64,000 nucleotides of DNA. Source: Octopus sinensis. Its lineage: Eukaryota. Location of the stretch: positions 76,074,001 through 76,138,000 of the forward strand of contig NC_043008.1 of the NCBI RefSeq assembly GCF_006345805.1, given 5' to 3'. The position numbers and the translations under genes are program-made. The notes below the pieces were generated by a model. It had not been told where the DNA came from and did no database searches. It worked only from the letters and a program-made list of their open reading frames with translations. Shown one piece after another: positions 25,676-39,641 of this stretch. Position 1 is the first letter of the stretch. Every line of letters starts with the position of its first letter.

Positions 25676-26194
25676 TACACACATCGAATCGAAATACTTT
25701 ATAAGCTTTCTGTTAGTACACCAGGTTCACAATATTGTTTAAATTAGTAAAGGATTTGTGGCTGATTCCGAGGTTGTAATTCCTCAGGATTCTATATTGT
25801 AAAACCTGGGTTTACTTATTTTTGCACAGATTTATATACAAGACAAAACGTAAATAATAGTCATTGCATATTTTTCATTCTTGTACTAAATTTAACTTAT
25901 AGCTGTTTCCTGTTGTCATTACAGGTTCATTATTGACAGGCTTAATCAATCGTTCAATTGATCAGTGTGGAAACATTGAATGACCTAGAAAATTAATGCT
26001 ATTTTCGTCATAACCAGAAATGACTCTGACGAATATAGCATTCCTTTTATAGGTCGTTCATCTTTTTTTGTCAACCTATGAACAGGCAGATTATGCCAAC
26101 TTGTCAATAACGGATTTATAAAGCCCTGTGGAAACAGCTGTAAATCAAATTTACTACAATAAAGACAAATATGTAATGTCCATTATTTACGCAT

Positions 26195-26236
<42 letters not shown>

Positions 26237-26252
26237 AGAGAGAGAGAGAGAT

Positions 26253-26283
<31 letters not shown>

Positions 26284-26293
26284 CAGAGAAAAT

Positions 26294-26343
<50 letters not shown>

Positions 26344-26454
26344 AAGAACAAGATGAACTTTGAACTTTATTCTCCTGTCTTTATTCTTCTATTTACTGTT
26401 TTATTCTTTTATATACTATGAATCCCGTCTTGAACTCCCCTGCATACACACCTC

Positions 26455-26530
26455 GTCTCTGATGACAGAATACACAGTGTATGGAGATAATGACTCATCA
26501 CCTCAGATATCTCAGAAACAGCTGTAAGAC
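26455..26530 (+). ncRNA. Type I hammerhead motif (PLE pLTR type); core intact, stem II closure imperfect
   Basis: GTCT-CTGATGA-...-GAAAC-AGCT-GTA-AGAC; palindromic stem III ACAGCTGT; stem I is 4 bp. Confidence 0.7.
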
Positions 26531-26587
26531 ACTAATAACCTCACGATTTTTTATTCACTTCACTCTAATCAAATATATTATCGATTG

Positions 26588-26623
<36 letters not shown>

Positions 26624-27192
26624 ATATATATACAATCGATAATATCAATAACGTTATTCGCTCCCTCCCTAGATATTTTGAGCATAAAAAAAGACACGAA
26701 AATCGAAATAAATATTTAGTGCAAACCACAAATTTACTGTATTTATTTTTGCATTTTACCTCCAACCTTTTATTTGCTTCAGTCTGCAACCATACTGAAG
26801 CACTATGTTTAGGAATTTCAGTCGAATTTTTATCCTGTTTTCTTTTTCTTTTTTTTTTTGTAAAGCAGGACCTTCATAACACGTGTAGCGATGCATTAAA
26901 ATATTTATAAATTCCATCCATGGATTATTTCTTTTTTTCATTACTATATGTGTATGTATATTAGTATCAAAAATGTCCTACTCCTCTCAAAATTCAAAAC
27001 TTTTAGAATCATGGCTGCGCAAAACTAAGTCTTAATGTGTGTGAGTGTGTGGTGGGGGTGTAAGTGTGTGTGCGAGCATGTGTGTTTGTGCGTACATGTA
27101 ATTATGTGTGCACGTACATATAGTACATGTGTCTGTACACATATGTGCATATACGCCCACTCATACGCACATGCCTCTTTCTCTCCCATCTG

Positions 27193-27233
<41 letters not shown>

Positions 27234-27633
27234 AATACATTTAACTTTATAGTTCTCTTCGGTAACTTTAATTATATTGTTTCTAACATATCACCGATTA
27301 CCACTCTTACACATTTATTCATCAACATGTATTTCTGTGCCTGTAAATTTTCTCTGTAAATCAGAGAATTTTCTTGATACCACTCCAAAAATGTTTTATA
27401 CATTCTTATTATATATTTACTAAATATTTTTTATTCCAATTTCAAGATTCATTACAAAGTAATGATAAATATCTTATCTTCACATCTCTGTTATCTCCCT
27501 TGTTTTCGAATATCTTGTTGTATTCATTTTCAACTCAAATATTATATACCCATACATGTATGTATGGATAGCTAGCTATATCCATAGATTGGTAAACAGA
27601 CAGACAAACAGACTGGCTGACTAAAAAATAGAT

Positions 27634-27824
<191 letters not shown>

Positions 27825-27879
27825 AGGCAAGGTATCCTTCCAAAATATATACGCAATTTTCATCTCTTTTTATATTTAA

Positions 27880-28650
27880 GCTATGAGGAATACCGAAAAG
27901 AAACCAGACTAAGTTTTGAACAAAGAAAATTCTTCCTAATGTGCTGCTAGTAGTTTGAAAACGTACTCGAGGTAAAAAGACTCCTTAGAGCTGGATTTCA
28001 AAAAGATTCACCAGCTTAACTTACTATGTTTCGAAATAGTTATAGGTTTGAAGCTGATTGAATTGTACAGCATGCCTACTACAAATATTCTTGTCGATTC
28101 ACAAAGAGCAATAGCAATAGAAACGAATAAAAAAATCTCTGTAGTGCAAAGTAGATGTAAGATAAGAATTTCAAAAGCAAATGTGCGTCGTATTTTGAAA
28201 CGCCACTATTATATAATTCCCAACTCAGGATTAGTTTATGCTCCCCATGAAGGTGATCCAACACGAAATGTGCAATTTTCCGAGTGCTTCTTGGTATATC
28301 AAAGAGGTATAGTTTCTAAAAAGGATTGATATAAATATGGACGTACATCATGTTAATTTGCGAGAGGTCACGCTATGGGGTGGCTTTTCTTCAAAATGAT
28401 AAATTCGGCCGTTCTTGTTCGATGATATGTGACAGGTCTCATTTATTTAAACTTGCTTGGATAATCTGCCATGCCATTCATCCAGGTAACTTTTGAACGT
28501 GTGGAGTTATATTTCCAGTGAGATGAGGCATACTTATACTACCATAGTAATAAAAATGTCTATTTTGATGAAATTTTACCAAATAGGTGGATGGAACGAA
28601 ATAGTTGGGTAGAATATTCCGTATACATTCGGTTTTATCCACAACGTTCA
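27880..28650 (+). pseudogene. Highly decayed Tc1/mariner-superfamily transposase fragment
   Basis: VRRILKRH...HEGDPTRNVQFSECF and FQ*DEA...YFDEILPNRWMERNSWVEY resemble the DDxDRRVQFCE and FQQDGA...PNRWIGR motifs. Confidence 0.65.
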
Positions 28651-29330
28651 GTCGATATCAGCAACTGGAATAAGTGAATATAGCAACATTTGTTCTAGAT
28701 ATGAATATAGAGCATACGTTAATCCAAATTCCGTCTAAGACGGCCAAATATTCGCAAACTTTGTTGATATCATCCATCAATAATTGTAATGAACATTTCA
28801 AATTGTCATAGCAGGAATAATATAAGTATAGGGAAATATAAATATAATTCGTCATATGTAAATCCAGTAAATGGCAATTTTCTATAAATATCAATGATCC
28901 CTGCTGACTTTGTGACATCTATCAATGATCAGAAATGCATAAATTATATCGGTTTGACAGCAAACAGATATAAGATTATCTATCATACGCAATGCCAAAC
29001 GTTTAAAACAAAGAAGAGATGACCATTGCTTAGTAACATATATCTCCACAAATAATATCTTACAATATTAAACGCTGCCATTTATAGAACTCAACACTAC
29101 TTCTTGTCGATAAATACTTCAATTCTTCAAAAACTCTTCTCTTAATCAAAAATACAAAAACAGATAATGAGCATGTAATTGATAATTACACAAACATCGA
29201 GAAATATTCCTAGATAATGTGTACACACACAAACACATATATATATGCATACATATATATGCAGGTATGTAAGTATGTATTTATACATATATTTATATGT
29301 GTATATGTGAGTGTGTGCGAGCTTGTATGC

Positions 29331-29371
<41 letters not shown>

Positions 29372-29374
<3 letters not shown>

Positions 29375-30572
29375 TGGTTGTGTGGCGGGAAGCTTGCTTC
29401 CCAACCACATGGTTCTGTGCTCAAATCCACTGCGTACCAGCTTGGGTCAGTGTCTTCTACTGTACCCTCAGGCCGACCAAAGGCTTGTGAGTGAATTTAA
29501 TAGATAGACACTTAAAGAAGCCATCGGAAACATATATATGTAGATGTATGTGTGTGTGTGTGTGCGAGTGCGTGTTTGCGTTTGCTCCCCTCCCCCCAAT
29601 ACTGGTTTGACAACTAATATTGGTATGTATACGTCCCTGTATCTTAGCGGTTCGGGAAAAGACACCAATAGAATAAGTACTAGGCTTACAAAGACTAAAT
29701 ATGGTGCTCCATCATGGCCATAGTCAAATGACGTAAACAAGTAAAAAATAGAAAATAATATTTATACACTCACACACATACACACACACACACATATATA
29801 TATATACATATATATATATGTATGCATATACATATAAGGATATCAAGGGCTTTTACTGTGTGTAAATGCCACACGCTATAATGGGAATCTAAAAGTAGTT
29901 TGATTTTTAGAGTCCCATCAACGCGTTTGACTTTTACACACATTAATAGCCTTTTATATTATATATATATATATATATATTCTGGTTGTGTGGCGGGAAG
30001 CTTGCTTCCCAACCACATGGTTCTGTGCTCAAATCCACTGCGTACCAGCTTGGGTCAGTGTCTTCTACTGTACCCTCAGGCCGACCAAAGGCTTGTGAGT
30101 GAATTTAATAGATAGACACTTAAAGAAGCCATCGGAAACATATATATGTAGATGTATGTGTGTGTGTGTGTGCGAGTGCGTGTTTGCGTTTGCTCCCCTC
30201 CCCCCAATACTGGTTTGACAACTAATATTGGTATGTATACGTCCCTGTATCTTAGCGGTTCGGGAAAAGACACCAATAGAATAAGTACTAGGCTTACAAA
30301 GACTAAATATGGTGCTCCATCATGGCCATAGTCAAATGACGTAAACAAGTAAAAAATAGAAAATAATATTTATACACTCACACACATACACACACACACA
30401 CATATATATATATACATATATATATATATGTATGCATATACATATAAGGATATCAAGGGCTTTTACTGTGTGTAAATGCCACACGCTATAATGGGAATCT
30501 AAAAGTAGTTTGATTTTTAGAGTCCCATCAACGCGTTTGACTTTTACACACATTAATAGCCTTTTATATTAT
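29372..30572. repeat. Tandem duplication, period 608-610 bp, each unit containing a family-A SINE (29372-29751 / 29980-30359)
   Basis: ORFs 29468/30076 are identical and offset by 608; by eye the copies differ only by one TA unit; junctions lie in (TA)n. Confidence 0.95.
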
Positions 30573-30694
30573 AATATATATATATATACATACACACACA
30601 CACACACAAAGTATTCACAGCACTAAGAAGTGATTCGAAATGAATGAACTTTAGATTCGTTCAAATGCTTGTGTTGTATTTTGACTTCAAAAGG

Positions 30695-33150
30695 GAATTC
30701 AACTGCAGGAGTGAGTGATATGATAGGGTCGATGATGGGTGCATAGAGGAGAGCAGATGCACGGTTCACGGAGAGTGCTCAGGCGAGGGCGATGTGGATA
30801 GTGATGAGGAGAATCAACGTAGTATGAAGTGGCGAGCCATGAAATGAGACTTAGTCTCAAAGTCATGGACGTCATTGCAGAGCCTGCATAGACGGAGGAA
30901 TTGGGAATAGGGGATGGAGAGCTTGGTGTGTTTAGTGTGGGAGGAGGAAAAGTTGAGGTATGATTGTGAGTCTGTATGTCTGCAGTGGATGAAGTGGTGA
31001 GGGTGGTGTGATGAATGCTGACCAAAATGTCGAGAAAGGCAACTGAAATGTCGGAAATAATGCAGGAAAAGTGGAGGGCAGGATGGAAAAATTTGACAAA
31101 AGAGAGGAAGGAGTCTAGATGTTTGCAGGTAAGTGAGGTCGCACCAATACAGTCGTCAACATAAAGACCGCATCGTTCGGGGGTGGGACTAGTGAAGCTT
31201 CAATATATTTGGGCCTCAACCTAGCCGACGAACAAGCTCGCATAGTTGAGATCCTTTCTCGTTCCCATGGCCACACCCGAGTCCTGCTGGTAAAAATCAC
31301 CCGCGAACGAGAAGCAGTTAAGTGAGAGGACAAGTTCGGTCAGACGGAGTGTGGATGTGTCAGGTTGGGGGTTGAGTCGAAGTTCAAGGAAATATTGGAG
31401 TGCACGCAGTCCCTCGTGGTGAGGGATCACCGTGTATAGGCTCTTTATGTCAAGAGTGAAGAGAAGTTTAGAGGGGCCAGGAGGGAAGGAGAAAGAGTTG
31501 AGCAAAGGAAGAGCATAGTTGGTGTCATGGATGGGAGAGGGGATGGAAGACACTAGGGAGGCAAGGACACGGTCAAGATATTCGGAGATGAGTTCGGTGT
31601 GGTAGTTGCAGGCGGGGACGATGGGGCGGCCAGGGTTGCTAGGTTTGTGGACAATGAGGTTAGAGACGGGAGCAGGAGATGACCTCATGGCTAGTGGAGG
31701 ATATTGTCTGTTGGTAGCTAGGTGTGGGGATGGAGGGCAGAGGGCAGTAAAATAAGGTGTCTTGAAGTTGGCGGAGAGCTTACGCTTTGTAGAGGTCCGG
31801 GAGTCACACCGACACTGCTCCACCCTTGTCAGCCGATTTTATGATGATGTCCGTGCGGCGTCGGAGACATCGAAGGGCGAGAGTTCGGCTGGGGAGATGT
31901 TCAGATATCGAGGACGCTTGAAAGATTCAAACTGATACACAGCGTGCTGGGAAACGCCCGCAAAAAGATCGACTGCTTGGAACTGGCCAGGAGCTGGCGG
32001 CCACTGGGATGGTCGGTGGCCCAGGTCGGTGAAGCAGTCCTCCTCATTAGATGCAGGTGGAGTGTCGCAGAAAAGCTCAAACAAGCTAACGCGGCGCATA
32101 AAGCCGTGGATTTCGGTACTTGTCCGAAATTCATTGTTGGATGGATTGAGCGGAATAAAACGCAGACCCCTAATGAGGAGGGAGCGCTCCGCCTCAGAGA
32201 GGTGAAGATGTGGAGGAATGGTAACAATAGACTCAAGTGGAGAAGGCGTGGATGGGACAGAAGTAGGAGGGGTGGTGGAGTGGTGGAAGGCTGGGAGGGA
32301 GAGAATGAGGGATATGTGGGTGGGGGTTAGGAGTGTCAGTGGTTTGGTGATGTGGGAGGAGCGTATCAGAGAGGGAGATGGGTAGGGGGAGTTAGGGTAG
32401 TGGCTTTGGGTGTGATGGAATGGAGGAGTGAGTAGAGTTTACGTTGTTTGGTGTGAACGAGAAATTGATGAAAGAGGTGATTTAAATGAATTGTGTAACG
32501 TAAAGTAATGTTAGTATGGGAGGGCAACTGAGAGGAGAAGATGGTAAAAGCAAGAGGGAGAAGGCGGTCGATAGTGTGTATTTTGGAGAGATTAGTACGA
32601 ATGGTGGCACGCATAAGGCGGTAGGATGTAGTACGGAAAATGGGTAGGATTGTTGAAGCAGAGTGGAGAGTAGGGTGGAAATGGAGGCGGAAAACTTTAG
32701 GGATGAGGCGGTGAGGAAGGCAGCGACTGAGAAAGGAAACGTGCTGAAGAAGCGTGTTTTTTTTTTAAATTAGTAGGGAAAAGTTAATACAAGGTTGATA
32801 GCAGCAGAAAGGAAGTCTCGAAATGTGTTTTTCTTTAGGCGGTGGTGGAAGTGGAAAAGGAAAGGTTTGTAATCAGGCATGAATGAAAAACGAGAAAGAA
32901 ATAGAGAGAAACGATAAAAAGAGAAAAAAGGGGGAGGGAGTTAGGCAAATAAAAAATTGAAAAGGTGTGGGGAGAAAAGATACAGAAGGCGTGAGAAGAA
33001 AAAAGTACAAGAGGTTGGAGGAAAAAAAAAATAAAAACAAGGGGACAAAGAAGGAGGAAGAAGGAAGAAACAAAGAGAAGGGGGGAAAGGGAGAAGAGAA
33101 GAGAAAAGGGAAAAAGAAAGGGAGGGAGAGAGAGGCAAGGTAACAAGTGG
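30695..33150 (-). mobile_element. Penelope-like element: N-terminal region and RT, 3'-truncated, decayed
   Basis: SRCLPHRLIPK..RLHFHP; HKPSNPGRPIV; FTLDIKSLYTVIPH; GVAMGT; YVDDCIG (31152-31163); FHPALHFS...FLDILV...SIPYSQFLRL. 5' boundary uncertain. Confidence 0.9.
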
Positions 33151-33199
33151 GGATTGAGAGAAACGACAATAGGGAAAAAGCAGAAAGTACAAAATTCTT

Positions 33200-33276
<77 letters not shown>

Positions 33277-34281
33277 GTGGGACTGTCCACAAACATATAC
33301 ATATATATATTTGCATGCATGCGTTATATGCATGTATGCATGTGTATGTGTATCTATGTGTTTCCATATTTGTTTCATTTACTCCGTTTTATACCTTTCT
33401 GCATCCGTAGATTTCTGTCATACACACACATATGTAATCAAAAAAGTTCAAACGGAGAATGATTCCATTCAATATCATGTTTACTATAGAGATTATATAA
33501 CAAATTATACCTTACACTTTATATATATATATATATGTTTATATATATATCTGTGCGTGTATATTTATTTTTGTTTCTGGTGTCTTCTGCTTTTTTCTAT
33601 TAGAAATGTCTACCTGAACTCGTAGGCAACAGATAAGTCGTCTTAACAACATATTTCTGTGTACCAGACATTTAGCTGTTATTTTTGTCATAAGTTTTCT
33701 AGTGGGAGCTTCATTTTCCTTCGTTGTCTGTTTATTGCTTCAGTAGAAATCTACAGATTCACAAATGCACAAAACGAAGCAAATGAAACAAATATGGACG
33801 ACTTGTTCCGAAACACCCACAAGTATGTAACAGTTCTCAAAAATAACCTCCAATAGTTTTCAAAAATTCCTGTGTGCGGAATCTACATAGTCCGAGGTGT
33901 ATCTATAGAGAGTTTCATTAAAACATATCCATTTTCTAGAAAGTTATGAGGAATTGAATTGGAATCCGGTGAATTTTCCGAAATTCCGAACCTAACACCC
34001 TACTAAAACACTTCTCCAAAAATGTTATATATTCGTAATCTACATGACATAACACATATTCGTAGAAAATTACATTAAAAAATATCCATTTTTCTGAAAG
34101 TTACGATCATCAAAAGTCGGTGTTAGCAAACACCTACATTGCTAGAAATAAGAGCTAAAGCTTTTTAATGCTGTAGTTAACGCACATGAATGAAAACATA
34201 TAAACTAACAGGGACCATAACTGTCCGAAAAATGCCGATTGAGAATACAGTTTCGACAATTTCCGTTGTTCCAACAGTTTA

Positions 34282-34326
<45 letters not shown>

Positions 34327-34330
<4 letters not shown>

Positions 34331-34670
34331 CAAAATGGGACAAGAACGTAAGACATCAAGACAACTATTAGGTGATGCAACAAAGGGGCAACAAAACATC
34401 CAGATAGACGATACAAAGAAAACAAGGACGGGTCATTCAGAGTTTTCTTTCCTCAGTCATGTTCCAGTTTATCTTTGCAATTTCGGCTGGGTATACTCCA
34501 GGTTGCTCCAATATGGTCCGCCCCAAGGGAAAACTAAGCATTAGATGTCTTGGAAGGAAGCAGCGAATGTATACGAAAACTAGCACGGAAAAAAAGGAGA
34601 ATGTTACACAAATACAAATTACAAGACATAACAACAGGTGTCTTTCAACTAAGGATGAATTCTGTTATTC
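34327..34670. repeat. Interspersed non-coding repeat; second copy at 54979-55160
   Basis: Shared blocks caaaatgggaca...agacgatacaaagaaaacaaggac...atgttacacaaatacaaat...gacataaca. Both copies follow (TA)n. Confidence 0.7.
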
Positions 34671-34671
34671 T

Positions 34672-34880
34672 TTTATTTGATTCAGTCATATAACTGCGGG
34701 CATGGTGGAGCACCGCCTTTAGTCGAACAAATCGATACCAGAACTTATTCTTTGTAACCATAGTACTTACTTTATCCGTCCGAGGCCACAGACACTTTCC
34801 CATGGTGCCACGCTGTGGGTCTTAAGCAAAAACCATGTGGTTGTTAAGGAAGATACTTAGTATACAGCTACTACTGCGCC
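34672..34880 (-). mobile_element. SINE family A, internally deleted
   Basis: Tail (ttcagtc...tggagcaccgcctttagtcgaac) and head (accatgtggtt...ctgcgcc) match 43691-44079. Confidence 0.8.
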
Positions 34881-34890
34881 TATCATATAC

Positions 34891-34928
<38 letters not shown>

Positions 34929-36299
34929 CGTTATAAACATGATTGTTGTAAGCTGGTGTTTATTAGACTTGAACATTTGCAGGTACGCCCATTTGGGAAT
35001 TTTGATATACTTAATTCTCTTATCCTCAGATACAAGTAATGTGTTGATTGCTCTTGACTCGATAGTATTGCATTCCTCCACCACAGGTGAAGTAGTTGGG
35101 CAAAATTCAGAAGCCTTCCTTTACATATTAATTCTTCATATGTGAGCATGTGGCCATCTTTTCCATCACCATTAGATGGATGGTCTTATGAGCGTTGTGT
35201 TATTCATGAAGGCCCTCTACTTTCATCAGTTTCGTGTCCTATCGAACTTCTTCACCCAAACTCTGTTTGTAGGTTCAAGGCCGCCAATTAATTGAATTAT
35301 AGATAATGTTCACCCAGTGTGCTCCTTTCTATTTTCTGCATTAGCAGCAAAGGTTGGAATTTCATCATCATTTCAGTTTCATTTGCATCGCAGCAGCTCC
35401 TAAAAATTTGTTTAATTTTGTTTACTCACATTGATATGTAATGTAACTTTAAATAAGGACCTCTAATTTAGTGGATGAAGAAGGAGGCGCCATATTGTGC
35501 CTAGATTGCACAATTATTCTAATATCTATATGCTTTCATCTGTTTATTGTTTTTTTCGTTGTCATTTTACCATTTTTAATGTCCATTAACATTTTCAGTG
35601 AGACTGTAGCAGGAAAACGTATACTACTACCAACTTCCTGGGAGTAAAAACTCGAAAACAACAAGACCAGCAGAAACGATAGCAACAGCTATGTTTGCGA
35701 CAAAGCTTTTAACAACACAAAAAACAACGACTATAAAATAAAAAATGACAACTCTGCACACGCAGTGTCAATATCTATCTCTGCTCAACTATCCACTCCA
35801 AACATTTGAATGGGGTGCCACTAAAATCTGCAGGAATGTCATTGGAATCGAGTAACTCGCGCCTCTCCCGATTGTCGAAGACTAAACTATAGACCTGTTA
35901 TCCTCCGGGAGCGTGGAACCGCTTTTGTTCCACACACCTTACGCCACGTGAACTATCTCTGACAACATAACCTTCGTGCTTTCCACTAACTCGTCATTAG
36001 CAATACCTTTATTAAGCACCCTTTTTGTATTACTAACTAGCTCTCCTCTCTTTAGAAATTTCTCTCACTATTTCCTTACAAAACGTAACCGATTCCTGTC
36101 TAATAGCATCAACTCCCTCTTAAAGGAGTCGTCAGAACCTCTAATCTGAAGATTTGGTGCGACGAGACGGAGTAACTGGCGCTTGTCTATACGACCTGAT
36201 TAGGTTGATTGTGCAAACCATTAGTTTGTGGGTTGTGTTAGCTTGCGACATTCAATTGAGGACACCGTAAGCTACCGTATCCAGTAGACTACAGAATAC

Positions 36300-37450
36300 T
36301 ATTGGGTCATCCCATAAATATTGCAGTTTTTTATCATATTATTATTCAAAATTAAGACAATGTTCGTTTTTAATATAAAATATACTCCCCTTCATTTGCT
36401 ACAATGCACTTCCATCTATCTGGTAGAATTGCAAGGCTCCTCTTCCAAAAGACACTTGTCCGTGACGAAATATTTTCCTCCACTACTGTTCTGACCTCGT
36501 CTACAGAGTTAAATTTTTACCGTCCAAATGAATTTTAAGACTGCAGAATAAATGACGATCAGATGGGGAAATGTCCAGCGAATATTGTGGGTGGGGCATC
36601 GTTTCTCATTCAAACAGCACCAGCCCTTGGAATGTCATCCTCGCTGTATGTGGCCGCGCATTATTCTGATGGAAGAACACCTTTCGTCTTGAAACCAAAG
36701 ACGGTCGTTTTTACTTCTAGCGCTGATTTCAACCGCTCAAGCTGCTCGCAGATCTCCTTTGTTATCGTTCGGTTTGAGTTTAAAAGTTCCAAGTGGATTA
36801 AACCATCCATATCATACCAAAGAGATTACTACCCCTTAAGTGGGTGAAGACCTTCTTTAGCCTGGGGTGCCGGTGTTTCTTCTTTCCCTACCCACTGTCT
36901 TTGGCGCTTGACATTTTTATAGAGAATACATATCACGTCACCAGTCACTATTCGATCCAAAGATGTTCATTCGGGAGACGTGACAGCAATGAAAAGCACT
37001 TATTCAATCTCTGCGCAGGATTAGACTCGCAAAGTTCGTGAAGAATCTATTACCCAATTTGCTGACTTTTCCAATGGCATGCAGATGTCGATCAATGGTT
37101 GGATGACCAAATTCAAGATTCTCTGCTAGTTCCTCAACAGTTAAGATGGGATTTTGTTTCACCAGCATTTGAAGGACGTACTAGTCGAGTTCTATAAATC
37201 TCCCAGATCAAGGCTCGTCATCTTGGGTGTAGTTTCCGGCTCGGAATTTCTGGAACCACCGTTGATACTGGCTTACGCTTATTATCCGATCCCCATATAC
37301 TGCATTAATATTCCTTGCACTTTCTGTTACGTTGTTGCTTTTATTGAACTCATAAAGCAAAACATGCCGAATATTCTCCTTTGAAAAAATAAATGTTAAA
37401 ATCGAACTGCACTCTTCAAAATTTGCTCTATGAATAATTACAAAGTAAAA
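36300..37450 (-). mobile_element. Mariner transposon, decayed
   Basis: Begins tattgggtcatcccataaata (TIR-like). Minus frames give QRWFQKFRAGNY..DDEP, QNPILTVEELAENLEFGHPTIDRHLHAIGKVSKL. Confidence 0.8.
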
Positions 37451-37689
37451 TTACTACCTGCTTTTAAAGCAAGTTGATGCAGGAAGTTTATTCCGTTCCC
37501 CGTTCCAATATATACATGTACGATTTAGGTGTCCACAATGGCGCATTTAGTTCGTTCGGCATTTACCTTTATTTTCCCAATGAGCTGGACATACAAACTC
37601 GCGATCTACATTCAAAATGGATTGTCAATCACTCACTAACGCTGAGATTTGCGTCATTCCCAGGAAAACCTCTAAACACCTGAAGATAA

Positions 37690-39165
37690 CCTGCTACCAG
37701 CTCCTGTGGTGGCTTGAATGACGATTAGACTGATGGTACTATCTTCGCTACTGTTCACGTCCTGAATCAACAACTTGTCATACGGTTTCACATAAATCCG
37801 TCGGGTAACTCGTCAATATTTGGTGGCTGCTTTGAGTCTTGATTTCAGAACCTGGATCGCAGCAATGTACAGTGACATGACCACATTTCAGAATCATTGA
37901 GTATCAGCCAGCCAATAGTACTCCATTTCTCAGCTTCCGTACATACACATTATGAAGCCATTGCTACAGAAGCTGGAAGTTTCGAGGTGCAAATGGCAAC
38001 ATCTAGGAATCGGAAGATCCATGTTTTCATTTGCGGACAGCTTCACCTTATTTATGTAGGACTCCAAACACATCAAAAGGATTGACGCTACCTTAAAGAA
38101 ATACGAGGCGGTGACAAGAGCAAACCTGAACAAAGAAAAGATTCTGAGTCTGCAACTCAGCACCTGGAGAGGTAGATGTATACTGTCCAACTGTGTCATT
38201 GGATGTAGGAAGGCCAGACAGGTTGAAATTCCTCGGGATTTGGTTTGATTCAGCCCATCAGCTGGACAATAATTAGGAGTAAGTGACAAGCAAAGAGGGA
38301 ATTGTCATCCTGAAATGAGTTGCAGAGATACTATCTCTGTAGGATCGGGTGGAAGAGATGAATGCCTGCATCGCTTCTACCATCTACTATCCCCAGACCG
38401 TTGTGCCTTGATCGGATTTATGGCTGAAAGGAATGTTGTGCATGATCTTCTGCCTTCTGTAGACGCGTTTTGCTTGTAAGACGATCCATTTCTTGTGAAC
38501 GGCCTTTGCTTGGAAGAGTGGGCATGTTTTGACTGATGATGAGAATACATGCGCTGTTGCTATAATAGCTCCAGCGTTTCTTTGACGTTGAGCAGGTGTG
38601 CTCCCCGTTTGCTAGACGCAGTTGAGTTCCGACACAGAGTTGCAGTCCTGGATCAAGTATGGACGGAGACAGAATGCCTGACATCTTGCGTGCTGTGAAG
38701 CGCTCCACAGCTCGTTTTCCAGACAGGCGCTGCTGTCGATTGGTATTCCATTATGGTATTCTGTAGAAGAGTTTGTGGTGTGTAAGAGTGACAACATTCT
38801 CGGGGAAGTGTTGGGTATCGATGAAAACCAAACGACTGGTTTTTCCAAAGGGTCGTGTTCATTTCCAGAAATCTGGGGTTTGCCAGAACTACTGCTGTTG
38901 TGGGGACTAATTGCAGGTTTGGTATAAACCCTACAGACATGTTGGGGCCTGCAGACGCGCTTTTCTAAATGAAATCTCTGCAACAAAATCCTTCTGTACG
39001 CGCTCGAATTGTGCTCGAACACTGTTGACTTGTTGAGTCATGGCAAATAGTTGCTAACACGTGCAGGACGCATCCAGATATCGGTTAACATCGACATGAA
39101 GATTGCTCCAGTCTTCTTTTGATCGGGAACGGCTGGAAATTTTCCTCTTTCTTGTATTTGTATTT
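37690..39165 (+). mobile_element. Tx1/L1 LINE fragment (RT C-terminal half to post-zinc-finger region), heavily decayed
   Basis: SFADS..DSKHIKRIDATLKKYEAVTRANLNKEK...STWRG. The end matches the C-terminal blocks at 7520-7600 and 8630-8730. Confidence 0.75.
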
Positions 39166-39209
39166 GAAATAAGCGTCTTTTGCCATCTTAATCTTAATTA
39201 TTCTAAAGC

Positions 39210-39560
39210 GACAAGCTGGCAGAATTGTTAGCACGCCGGGTTAAATGTTTAGCGGCATTTCGTCCGTCTTCACATTCTAATTTCAAATCGACTTCACTAT
39301 TCAACCTTCGGCGTCGATAAGAGAAGTGTCAGTAGCCAATATTTGAAACGAATATTAATTATACTAAAGGCAGAACCGTTAGTATGCCGGGGAAAGTGAC
39401 TAGCGGCATATCGTCCGTCTGAATACTGTGAGGCCGTGGTTGATTTTGCATTTCATTCTTTCGAGGTCGATAAAATAAATACCAGTTGAGCACTGGCTCG
39501 AAGTAAAGGGCTTAAATGCTCCTCAGAATTGCTGGTCTTGTGCCAAAATATGATACCAAT
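39210..39560 (+). mobile_element. Two adjacent family-B SINE copies
   Basis: Head gctggcagaattgttagcacgccggg...tagcggcatttcgtccgtc recurs as gcagaaccgttagtatgccgggg...tagcggcatatcgtccgtc; body ...ggtcgataaaataaataccag. Confidence 0.75.
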
Positions 39561-39641
39561 ATTAATTCTTTTACTTTTTTAATGGTTAGTAAATTTTTTG
39601 GTGAATTGTGATGTTAGTCTTAATCTTTGGTTTATTTAGTA

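Noticed and set aside
31839-32330. ORFs 31944..32330 (+) and 31839..32099 (-) as separate genes
   Set aside because: They are antisense or off-frame readings inside the Penelope-like element.
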